The translations under genes were made by a program, and so were the position numbers. A stretch of 64,000 bases of DNA from positions 8,742,001 to 8,806,000 of the forward strand of contig JBHGNT010000013.1 in assembly GCA_043228905.1 (NCBI GenBank). The letters are read 5' to 3'. Below are positions 37,702 to 49,092 of this stretch, piece after piece. Positions within the stretch are counted from its first letter, which is position 1. Each line of letters starts with the position of its first letter. The stretch comes from Azolla caroliniana. Lineage: Eukaryota > Plantae > Polypodiophyta. The notes under the pieces were generated by a model, which ran no database searches, was not told where the DNA came from, and saw nothing but the letters and a program-made list of their open reading frames with translations.

Positions 37702-40700
37702 TGATGATAACAAAAGATATATATTATGTTAAGAGAATATACAATAGTAGCTAGGAGGCTTAAGACTAGCGTTGAACCGATTTGGTTTGAAATAATGCCT
37801 TGTGCCTCCTTTTATAGTGTTCTCAGGAGTACTTCTGAAGTTTCTAGAATGTTCCATAGAAATCTAGAATATACATCAATTTTCTATAGTAAAACTTAAA
37901 TGAAAATAATATTCTTTGTATTACAACATATATTGTAATGGTCAAGAGCTCGATCCATGTAACATAAAGTCATGGGTTCGAGTTATGCCATATCAGGATG
38001 ACACTATCCCCCCTTTAAAACGACGAGTGTCACGAGTCGTTTTCGATTGAGGACCCGATTTGTCTGGATATGGAAGATGGAAGTCTTCAAGAAGAGCACG
38101 AGCATTGTTCACATTCTCTATTGGTTCCCAAGTACACTCGCTGGGACTATATCCAAGCCAATCGACTAAATAGTAGAGCTTCTTGCGAACAATCTTGGAA
38201 TCGAGGATGGCGGCAACCTCGTACTCAAGTCCATCTTCAAGTTCGATTGGGGGTGGAGGTTGTTTAATACGACTTGGGATGGTGTTGTCTTGATAGGGTT
38301 TGAGGAGAGAACTATGATCGACTAAATAGTAGAGCTTCTTGCGAACAATCTTGGAATCGAGGATGGCAACAACCTCATACTCAGGTCCATCTTCAAGTTC
38401 GATTGGGGGTGGAGGTTGTTTAATACGACTTGGGATGGTGTTGTCTTGATAGGGTTTGAGGAGAGAACTATGATCGACTAAATAGTAGAGCTTCTTGCGA
38501 ACAATCTTGGAATCAAGGATGGCAACAACCTCATACTCAGGTCCATCTTCAAGTTCGATTGGGGGTGGAGGTTGTTTAATACGACCTAGGATGGTGCTAT
38601 CTTGATAGGGTTCGAGGAGAGAACTATGAAAAACCGGATGTATCCGAAGTTGTGGAGGTAGATCGAGACGAAAAGCGACATCATTAATTTTTTTGATAAT
38701 ACGGAAAGGACCTAATCGCCGATAATCTAACTTCTCGCATGGGCGGGTAGTCTTCATGTGTCGTCATAGTAGCCATACCCGATCTCCAATGTTAAAATTG
38801 GATGGAAGCCGATGATGATCCACGTAAATCTTGTGTGTTTGTTGAGCTTGATGTAGATGAGTAGATAAATCCGCTTGTATCTTGCGTAACCACTCCAAAC
38901 GATCCTCTACGAGGATTTGTGGGTAACTCTAGTGTTTGAAATACACACCGCTGGGGGTGACAACCCGTATAAGCATAAAATGGTGTAACCTTTGTTGATG
39001 AGTGGACAGAGTTATTATACGCAAATTCAGCGAAGTGGAGAATATCCGCCCAGTCACCTTGATGATAACTTAGAAAGCACCGAGGATACTTCTCCAACAT
39101 TTGATTTGTTCGTTCTGCTTGGCCGTCTGTTTGCGGGTGGTAGCCAGAGGAGAGGTTACAAGTGACCTTGAGAATTTTAAAGAGGTGCTTCCAGAATTTC
39201 GAGATGAACTGGGGTCCACGGTCGCTGATGATACTATCGGGAAGGCCATGATGCCGACATACTTCACGCATGACAGTTTCGACGGTTTCCTCACTGGAGA
39301 TTTCCTTAGTACATGGTAGGAAATGGGCCATCTTCGTATATCGATCTACTACTGTTAAGATCACATCGAATCCCTTAAAGACCGGAAGATCTATGATGAA
39401 ATCTAGAGCAATGGATTGTCACGGCTTGCTTGCAATTGGTAATGGTTCTAATAAACCATATGGATGATGCCTTGGCATTTTTGCTCTGCAACATGTATCA
39501 CAAGTCCGAACAAAATCTTCGACAAATTATCACACATGGGACCACTAGAATGATCGTTGTAATAAATCTAATGTTTTAGTACTACCAAAATGCCCCACTG
39601 TATGTGTCATGACCGTTTTGGACTACTCGAAGTTGACAAGAACCATTAGGAACATACAAGAATCTCTTAAAGAATAGTAATCCATCATGACATTCGAATT
39701 GTTGATAGTCCGTACCTTGTTGTTGCGATTGTGAACAAGATGCTTGAGAGGGATCAATTTGTGCTAGAATGGTTTGGGCAAAAGCATCTGTCTTCAAGTC
39801 CTCACGTATGGTATGGATAACATGGGAATCCAAGGGCAAACCGAAGACCTGCATTGCTTTCAGTCGTGTTGGTCCCAGGATTACTTGCTTTTGGTTATCG
39901 AAAGCTGGCTCGCCGAGACGCGGTGCTAGATATGAGCGCCATGATAATGCATCTGCCTTCCCTTGTCACTTCCCTAGACGATATGTAATTTTGAAGTCGA
40001 AACGAGTGAGGAATTGGGCCCACTGAGCTTGACGTCAATTTAACACATGAGCATTCTGAAAGTAGGCAAGGTTTTTGTGATCACTGAATACGGTGACTTG
40101 ATGAGAAGATCCCTCTAGAAAATGCCTCCATTGTGTAAAAGAGTCCACTATTGCTAATAGGTCCTTATCATGAATTTCATACTTGATTTTGGCGGCATCA
40201 AACTTGCGTGAGTGGAAAGCCACAGGATGGAGCTTTTCATCATTGCCTTGTTGTGACCCAATGCTACCCAATGCGAAATTTGACGCGTCTGCTTCGATGA
40301 TGAATGGTTTTTCCAAATCAACACGAGCCAGAATAGGAGTTGATGTAAATGCCTCCTTAAGACTCTCAAAAGCCATGTCTACTTCGTCAAACCAAACGAA
40401 CGATTGTCCCTTCTTGGTGAGCTGTGTGAGAGGCAGAACAAGCTTTGAGTAATCTTGTATAAACTTGCGGTAGAAATTGGCAAAGCTTAAAAAGCATTGC
40501 ACATCTCGCAATGAATGCGGAGTTTTCCACTCTACCACCATTTTGACCTTAGTTGGATCCATGGAGATGCCTTCCGAGGAAATTACATAGCCCAGAAATT
40601 CTACCTGGTTGCACTCGAAACTACATTTTTCCAGCTTTGCATAAAGACCATGTTCTCGAAGTCGTTTTAGTACTAAAAGTACATGAGAATCATGCTCTTC

Positions 40701-43225
40701 TTGGGTCTTAGAATAACCCAGTAGATCATCCAAATAGATGATCAAACAAACATCCAAGAGATCTCGGAATATATCATTTGCCATGTGCTGGAAGACTGTT
40801 GGCGCATTAGTGAGGCCAAATGGCATGACCGTATACTCGAAGTGCCCAAACACAGTCTTCCATTCATCTCCTGGTCAGATCCCTACGCAGTTATATGCTC
40901 CTCGTAAGTCGATCTTTGTGAAGAACCTTGCACCATTGATCCGTTCTTAAAGACTTGAGATAAGGGGAAGTGCATAGCTATTCCTGATGGTGACCTTATT
41001 CAAGCCACGGTAATCTACGACGAGAGAAAGTGATCCATCCTTTTTCTTGACGAAGAAAATGGGTGCGCTGGCTAGAGATTTCGAATGTGGACGATACTTC
41101 TTTGGAAGTTGAACGGTGGACTCCTCTTTAGTGGTGTTGGAGGGTTTTACTAATACTGTGAAGAGAAACATTTCTTCCTTGCATCCTTCCTCACGCAACT
41201 GATGTAGAGAAATGGTTGCAATCTTATGAATAGATCCTCGGGTTTGTCTATACCGGATTTCTCTTGTTCTCCTATCTATGTTTGGGTTATGTAATTCGAA
41301 CCATGGTAATCCCAAAACAATGGGATGTTTTGGGATACTAATTATATTAAAGGATACTACACATGCTAAATTATCTAGGACAATATTAATGGGACGACCG
41401 TCAATGACTACTACAGAGGCAGGGCATAGGAGATTTCTTAGGGATATCTGATGAGCTTGGGCAAAATTCCTATCCATGAAGCAAGAATTAGCTCCGGAAT
41501 CTAGGAGTGCTGAAACATGTATTAGAGAGGTACTTTTAGTACTAACTGTTGCTTGGGCTAAGAACACATTGCTAACTTGCTTAGAGGGAATGGAACCACT
41601 AATGGGCTGCACAAATCTAGGGTTGTTCAACCAAACGACTCCTATTTTGGCTGGACTTAGTCGTTTAACTCTTCTTCTAACTGACTAAGGACATCAAATT
41701 TATTCGATAGATTTGGGCTATTAGGACTATTAGGACTATAAGATATTCCTACTAAAATAGACTCGGGTTTAGTACAATTAGAACTAGCAACTATTTGGTT
41801 CACCTGTCTTCTTGGCCTATGGGGACAGTTCACTGCAATATGCCCTGGTCCACCGCAATAAAGACATAGTCGATTTGCTCGACGTCGCCGCTTTTCTTCT
41901 TCCCATAATGGTCCGCGACGACGTGTAGTGTCAATTTCCATCGAAGTTGGAGTATTCACTGGAGACACAATATATGACTCCCTTGGAAAAGGTTTTGCTA
42001 CCACTGAGGCATAGGTGGGCTCTGATCTTGCCCTTGTCATCTGGAATTGATGTTCTGAACGTCGTTCGAAAAGACGGTTGTCGCATCTCACCGCGCGACT
42101 GATTGCTTCTGTCAACGACTTTGGTTCTTCGGGGAAGGTCAAGAGTAAATCCTTGACATCATTACGTACACCATAATGAATTGCTCCATAAGTGCTTGGT
42201 CATCCCAGGGGATATCGGAGGCAAGTAGCCAGAAATCTGCAGTGTATGCAGAGGCTGGACGATCACCTTGACGTAATCATCGGATTTTGTTGATTGTTGT
42301 CCTTATGCTGTCAGTATCTCAAAAACAGGCTTTAAACTCACTTAAAAACTCTTCAAAATTGTTTAGTAAAGGAGATTCCTTTTCTAACAACGGAGCGAAC
42401 CATGCCAAAGCTGAGCCACTTAACAACGTGCCTACTAAACCCACTCGTGATGCATCGGTGGGAAGGCCGATCTTGGGTTCTTTATGAACCCCTTGTGTAT
42501 TGGGTCCTTGTTGTTGCATCACGACTATGGTTGCTTCGAGTTGTTGCATGTGTAACGCTAGTTCCCCATGTTATTGTTGCATCTGCTACTTCTCTAAGGA
42601 GGTTTGTTAAAGCTCCCCCAATAGTCGTTGATTTTCTTGTTCCAGTGCGAGAAACTTCTCTTTCAAGCATTGCAACTCCGAAAAAACGGATTGATATTCT
42701 TGAGCGCTAACAATGGCCATAGTATGAGAGAAAAGAGGAATAAGAGATTAGTATGAAGGGAGGGAGAAGTAAGAAGATAAAGGAAGAGAAGGAAGGAGAA
42801 AATCAGTTCAAACTGTTAGGAACAATACTAAGATAGAGAAGTATTGTCAGGAACAATACTAAGACAGAGAAGGAATTAGTACTAAAAGATGAGGATTAGT
42901 ACTAAGGGAGGTGTAGAATTCTCTCTCTCTCTCTCTCTCTCTCTAGAGAAATGTTAAGAGAATATACAAAAGTAGCTAGGAGGCTTAAGATTGGCGTTGA
43001 ACCGATTTGGTCCAAAATAATGCCTTGTGCCTCCTTTTATAGTGTTCTTAGAAGTACTCCTGAAGTTTCTAGAATGTTCCAGAGAAATCTAGAGTATACA
43101 TCAATTTTCTATAGTAAAACTTAAATGGAAATAATATCCTCCGTATTACAACATATAGTGCAATGGTCAAGAGCTCGACCCATGTAACATAAGGTCATGG
43201 GTTCTAGTCTTACCATATAATGATA
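37505..43225 (-). mobile_element. Full-length degenerate Ty3/gypsy chromovirus (Tcn1/Tf1-like)
   Basis: LTRs at 37505-38003 and 42814-43225, TSD GTCCC (37500-37504 and 43226-43230), PPT AAAGGGGGGATAG (38004-38016). Domains are gag with CLYCGGPGHIAVNC, PR (LLDSGA), RT (YLDD), RH (PVAFHSRKF, DHKNL), INT (SDRGPQF, HPQTDGQAE, GPF) and a chromodomain (YEVAAILD..YLVDWLGY...TWEP). Confidence 0.95.
38161..38628. repeat. Three in-frame tandem copies of a 156-bp (52-aa) integrase-tail/half-chromodomain unit
   Basis: Units start at 38161, 38317 and 38473, and are visible in ORF 37993-38757. Confidence 0.95.
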
Positions 43226-45262
43226 GTCCCTTTCATCATTCTGTATTTCTTCAGCCAACCTTCCCCATCTCACAAAACCCCATGTGTACGCCTGTTTACC
43301 ATAAATAGGATACAAAATTCTCAACACTCTTTTCCATACTGCTCTAGCTATATGACATACCCATAAAACATCCGTTTCATTGGGAAAACCACAATTGTCA
43401 CATTTTAAATCATGGCAATGCCCCTTCATCCATGATTTCACAGGGGTGCCATAATGTTCCAACAACCATCTAAACAAGACAACTTTTCTAGGAATTTGCA
43501 TGGCCCAGAGCCATTTCTAATAAGCATTTAACCAAGAGTGTCGTACATTACCCAAGTTCCAAATTTTACATGTTGTTGGCATAACAACCACACGCCTCCT
43601 TAGCAATTCTCTACCCATTTTTACCAAGTACTGAAAAAATGGGATTTGCTTGCCTAGAATTCCTTGTGTAATATGCTTTGCCATTTCCATTCATTGGGAT
43701 CCCACAAAAGTTTGTCAATGGAAAGTGTACCTTACATACAATATCGACATTTTAATCGTTTATGGAGATCGAAGTTTAACAATGTGGTCATACCCCGCAA
43801 GGTCCAGATGGGTGTTTGTTCTATATGCACGAGTTTAAAAAGCATGGCAAAGAATGGGACAACAAATGAAGAAATAACAAAATATAAGAATTTATTGAGA
43901 GAACATCGAGAAAGCCAGGCGTTGGAAAGATATAAAGCTATGCACCATCATCAAAAAGTGCTTCAATCACCAGAAAGATAAATGTGCTTGATTATAGATG
44001 GGATGGATCAGAAGAAAACTTGTTTGCCACATTTTCGAAGGTTGTCCAAGGATGTTGGAGATGAATTCCTAGTGCAGATGCACTTAGTAGGATGTCTTCT
44101 GTATTGTTAGACAATAAGGCCTCAAGTGTTCCTAACTTATCCAAATATCCACAACGACCCTAATCTTATAGTGACAGTCATGCAAAGAGTTCTACAGAGT
44201 TGGCAAGGTTTACTCCCATCAGTACTGTACGTGCAACTTGACAACACGGCAAGAGAAAACAAGAACTCAATTGTGTTTGGTTATTTGAGCATGTTAGTAG
44301 ACAAGGGTATTTTCAAAAAGATTAAGGTCAACTTCTTGGTAGTTGGTCATACAGATGATCACATAGAGCAAATGTTTAGTAGGTTCTCAAAGAAATTAGC
44401 GAGGTGTGATGCTTTCACACTTCCTATGCAACATTTAGATGAAGTATATGATTTCAAAGGCTTTTGTTTGGATGGTGATGGGACTGGATGTAAGGTTCTT
44501 GCTCTGCTTAATAATATAAGTTTTAACCACGTCTTCCTCATCCAAAAAAATGTGGTTGGTCACAACCAGACCATGTTGTATGCCAAACAATACTCATCTA
44601 GTTCGCAATGGGAGCCACAAGACAAATGTAGGCTCTTATTGCATTTCCCAGATGCAATAATCTATGGTGTTGAGCAAATGCCCTATGACAACCATAAAAG
44701 ATTGATTGTTGGTCGTTCAATTGAAGAGCAAAAGATATATTGGATGTGGTGCCTTGAGGAAAAACAGAAAAATATTGAGCGAACCAAAAAGTACGCTGGT
44801 GATCAGGATGTGGATTGGTGGGATGTCTTCTTTAATCATCAACATACAATATTAGATAACCACTTTACAAGGTACTGGCCACTACAAAATCAATTTGAAT
44901 GGGCGCTTGGTGGGCCATCAATGGTGAGCACGACTCCTTTACAACCACTAGATAATCTTGAATTGACTAATCTAGTTCGTCCACGACAAAGAGATATTTA
45001 CGTGGGACCAAGATTATCGCATGTTGCAGAGGCGAGGTGGCAAGGCAATCTACATGAGCTACAAGTTGGTATGTTGGTTACAACATTAGCGGGGGGTGAT
45101 AAGTTGGGTCATCCCTTCTCAATTGCCAGAATCATTGAAATTATTCAGGATGATGAAGGCAATCAAGTAAAGTCTATTATGGTTTATTGGTATCATACCT
45201 CTTCCAAAGATGCATTTTCTGGGAAGTACTCTTTAGAGATGGTTAAGGATGTCGAAGGCACA

Positions 45263-45469
45263 AGCAAAAAGTGGAGAAGAAAGAATATACCAAGCACGTC
45301 TACTCTAGCACTTGATAATGTCGACATACTCGTGTATGACTTCTCCTTGACCAAAACATGCCATCTAGCAAAAAGTGGAGAAGAAAGAATATACCAAGCA
45401 TTCTACTCTAGCACTTGATAATGTCGACATACTCGTGTATGACTTCTCCTTGACCAAAACATGCCATCT
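45263..45469. repeat. ~104-bp tandem duplication that frameshifts the transposase C-terminus
   Basis: agcaaaaagtggagaagaaag...catgccatct occurs at 45263 and 45367. Confidence 0.9.
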
Positions 45470-45916
45470 AAGACAGACTACAATCAAGATAATAAAAGAG
45501 AAGATCCTAGATGGGACTGTTGATGCAACATAGAGACGAACAAGGAGTATGTCTCATAATCACGATGTCGTTGGATTGCAATTGGATGAAGATAATGCAT
45601 TGGTTGCTAGTGATGATGAGGATGAGACCTCACAAAGCTATTCTAGTTCATGGGGTGGGTTTGAAGGGGAAGGCGTATCTTTGGAAAGTGATGGATCTCA
45701 TATATGAAATGTAAATATTATATGTTACATCAATATGGAGATTCACAAATATGTATAAATATACATGTTAGTCATTTTGTAATTTTTGTACGTTCTCTTG
45801 TAAATTTCACGTGTCGATTATTAGGCGATTCAATTTCCGAAACCCTTTACGCATGCGATGGTTGTTTTTGTGAAATGACCTACTTTGTGCCTTTTTTGGA
45901 CGGAGTGTTCTTAAAT

Positions 45917-45958
45917 TGCGACATATTACCTATTTCAAATGACCCGATATTAACACTC
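45917..45958 (-). repeat. Right terminal inverted repeat of the DNA transposon
   Basis: Reverse-complement match to 30977-31011. A possible terminal GAG (CTC on +) is at 45956-45958. Confidence 0.72.
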
Positions 45959-48900
45959 AATATGAAAACTAGAGTAAGAAGTTACTTTTGATAAGGATAC
46001 CAAAATATGTTATATCTTTGGCCTTGTTTTTGGGAACTAGAATCACCACTCCAAATTAGCAGTGAGTGTTTTGTAAGCTCCTACTACCTACCACTACAGA
46101 TTAGGCTATGAAGCTAAGGAAGAACCACATTTGGACCTTAATTTTTACATTTCTAGACTCTAGTTGTTAATTTTTGTACTCTTGTTTCCATTCTAATTTT
46201 CATTCTTGTATGATCCTTCTTGCCATCGTTCTTGTTTGTATCCACCAGTGCTCCTTACCTCTACACATGGTATTGCCCACATTATTGTTCTTGTTTGTGG
46301 TGTGGTGTGTTTGCCTCTTGTGATCACTACTTGCTCCTCTTCTTGTCTCACCTACTTGTTCACTCCGGTAACGTTTCTACCCTTTACACTCCATTTTTTC
46401 ACATCACTTGCTTCTCGTTACCATCATTGCTCATGGTTGTTATGTGTTCGATGCTATGTACATCATGCATGCTCGATAGACCTCCACTTTGGTAACCGTT
46501 GTGCCTCCCCATCTTTTGTTGTTGTAAAGATCGTGGTTGTGTGTTGCAACCACTGGGGTTATGTCACTCAGGGACGATCGATATGACAAGGCGTCACACA
46601 ATTGGTGCGACTAGATGGATGTAAAGTTGTTGAGAAAAGAAAACTAAAACTGATTCAAAAACTCTTAGGAGATTTGTTTGCCAAAAGGATGGTTTGGCAG
46701 TATGTGAACTCACGTAGGGAAGAATGGAATGGCTTTTGAGATGAATCACTTGGTTGGACCTTTGTCTTTTTCTTTCGTTGACCTCACAAAATTTGTTTGC
46801 CAAAATGAAGTGCTTTGGCTGAACTTGAACTCATGTCTATCTAGAGGCAAACGACTTCAAAGCTCCTCTTTTTCTTGTCTTTCTTTTCGTTTCCTTAAAA
46901 GTTTTTGTATTTTTGTATTTATTGTCTGTGACTTGACTGTGACCTCTTTGTTGTTGTGCAGGAGACAATCTCCTTCAAAAACCACTTTTGCCACCGCATT
47001 CAATGAATGGGTGGCTTGCTTCTTCGATCTTCCTCCGTCTTCACGTGCTAGTGCTATTTAATGGTGGGGGCCGCCTCATTCTTCTTCGATCTCTTCTCAC
47101 TTCTTGCAATCAATCTCCTACTTTGCTCCTCCATCGATCTCCACGAGCTCCTCCCTTTGCTCGCTTTCCTCAAGGACTTCATCCTTACGCTCTATGAAAT
47201 TCGGTTCAATGTCATCTCTTCTCTTGGACAACTTCATCTTTTTCTTGCAATCCGCATCCGTATCTTAGTTTTGTACAATTTGTTCAAGTAGTAGGTAGCC
47301 TTATCAGTCAATATATGTATGTTAGCGAAATAGAAATAATGTTCCTAGAATTCCTACAAGGTATTAGTTGTCAAGAACTCCTAGTGAGGATTGAACCATT
47401 GCTTACAAAACTAGGAATAGTCTTTCCTCATCTACTCAATCATGTAATGAAAGTCAAAGAAGGTTAGTTTTTCATTTCAACGTTGAATTTTCTTTTTCCT
47501 TTGTTCTACCATTTAAAATCCCCCACCTACAAGGTTGGGAAGAGTTTTTTGTAATGATAGTCAATCCGATTGGTCATGTTGCACCATCGCAAACACTGAA
47601 ATACCATCATCATCTGTTTTGAGAAGGGCATGACTATAAAGCATCAAATAAAATTGTGCTCATGCATAAAAGATCATTCGCATAGTTAATGGAAAGAAAA
47701 CAATACATATATCAAAGTGAATACTACCATAACACAAATCCTAAATATCAAGAACATTACACACCTGAGAAAATGGAGTCTCAAACCAACAATTGGATGC
47801 CCTTTTATGCTATAAATAAGTTCATGAATTGCACTAGGGCAAAGAAGATTGGCAAGCAAGACAACTTCATTCAAGTTGAGATTTAATGTATGGGTATGCC
47901 TAAGGACCAAGAGGTGTTTGCTTGTATGTATCATAGAAAATAATAAATAGATGTTACTACTAGCATCAAAGCAACACACAAACCGCTTTTGCAGCATTTT
48001 TTTTCATTTTTTAGAGAAATTTTAAAATGAAGTTTGAAATAGTGCCCATTATTTTATTCAACTTTGCTAACAGAACATAATTTCACATTTTATCAATGAC
48101 AACTTCAGTAATGTTATTTGAACTCATAATTGCACAATCTAAACATGTCTCAATTAGGACTGTATTATAACCGTATTTAAAATGAAATTCTACCATTGTT
48201 CTTTTAGACAAATGCAGCTTCAACACAAGAAATGAGTACATATAAGAGATTATTAGTTTTGTAAACGTGTCAAGTTGAATGAATGATTCTGATGTTTTAC
48301 TTAGTCTAAACTAATGTGTTGGATTCTAGCCATAGATGACCAAAGTTTTCTTGTTTAAATAGTGGTATTTATTTTCCTTATGATGAATACATTTCATAAT
48401 TCATGAGTTTTGTGAAGGTGTTAACTTGAAGGTTTTTTCAAAAAAATTCACATCATTCCTATCAAATGCCATAGAAGAATGAAATATGCATATTTGTGTA
48501 ATGTAGAAAATCTAGCCCATGAGAACTGTTAACCAACCTAATCCATAACCATTGCCACAGTAATGCAAAACCAACCAAGTAGACCTCTTTGGAAACCAAC
48601 AACATAAAGAAAGCTTGTTCTCTGTACCTAATAACATTTCTACCTTGGTTACATAAATTTCTTATAGAAAATTGACATCGAGATCAACATAGAGAAACAC
48701 TTGGGCTAGAACATTCCTTTCAGAAAATATTCCTCTAAACATGATATCTATTGGAATTTCAATAGAAGAATACACTTTTTAAGGGCAGAAATCCTACGTA
48801 TGAAGTCTATGCCACTTACAACCTATGGAGGAAACAATTCTTACATGTAGAGAAACACAGCAAGCTGCCATTTACTCAGCTTTTGCCATGTAGCAATTCA

Positions 48901-49092
48901 AATAAACCATAAACATCATAAGCTATGATGAGCTTCTATTTCGCAAACATGGTGATATATACGTATTATGCACTTTCTCAGCTCCTTAGGAATATCAGGT
49001 CACAGGATTAAAGCATTACACAGTAAAGAGAACCTTCATGAGTATATTCTTACAGATCTAACCTTCAAAAAGTTTTCCATGTAATGAATAGG

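Larger units (their letters stand above)
36958..43718 (-). mobile_element. 5'-truncated L1 LINE with 15-bp TSD, itself interrupted by a Gypsy element
   Basis: TSD TGGAAAGTGTACCTT is at 36943-36957 and 43719-43733. An A-rich tail ((TAAA)n on the minus strand) is at 36958-36972. The zf-RVT MQIPRKVVLFRWL..CDNCG (43226-43501) continues as DFVLL...WMLWKARCKCVF (37180-37499). Confidence 0.9.
36397..45707 (+). pseudogene. Sola1-like (DUF7869-type) DDD transposase pseudogene, split by an L1 insertion (coding ~36397-36957 and 43734-45707)
   Basis: The N-terminus has CC..C...QDTFL...CRVAF..YSIG..RL and WMEIY...CDVMPT. It reads straight across the L1 TSD (DMLLESVP|YIQYRHFNRLW), then CSIC. Catalytic-type motifs are IIDGMDQKK, LYVQLDNTARENKN and FLVVGHTDDHIEQMFS. 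It ends in a beta-rich domain and an acidic tail. The start codon is uncertain and there are scattered stops. Confidence 0.82.
30977..45958. mobile_element. TIR DNA transposon (Sola1-like/DUF7869-type) carrying a transposase and a DNA amino-methyltransferase gene; ~6.5 kb after removing nested insertions
   Basis: Inverted repeats at 30984-31011 (ggtcatttagaacaggtaatatgtcgca) and 45917-45944 (reverse complement ggtcatttgaaataggtaatatgtcgca) are 25/28 identical, extendable to 29/35, and all mismatches are transitions. They enclose divergent transposase and methyltransferase pseudogenes. Confidence 0.75.

Noticed and set aside
46206-47291. Cluster of short ORFs and a charged coiled-coil-like minus-strand reading
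   Set aside because: No recognisable domain or terminal structure. It is probably a decayed TE accessory region but cannot be supported.
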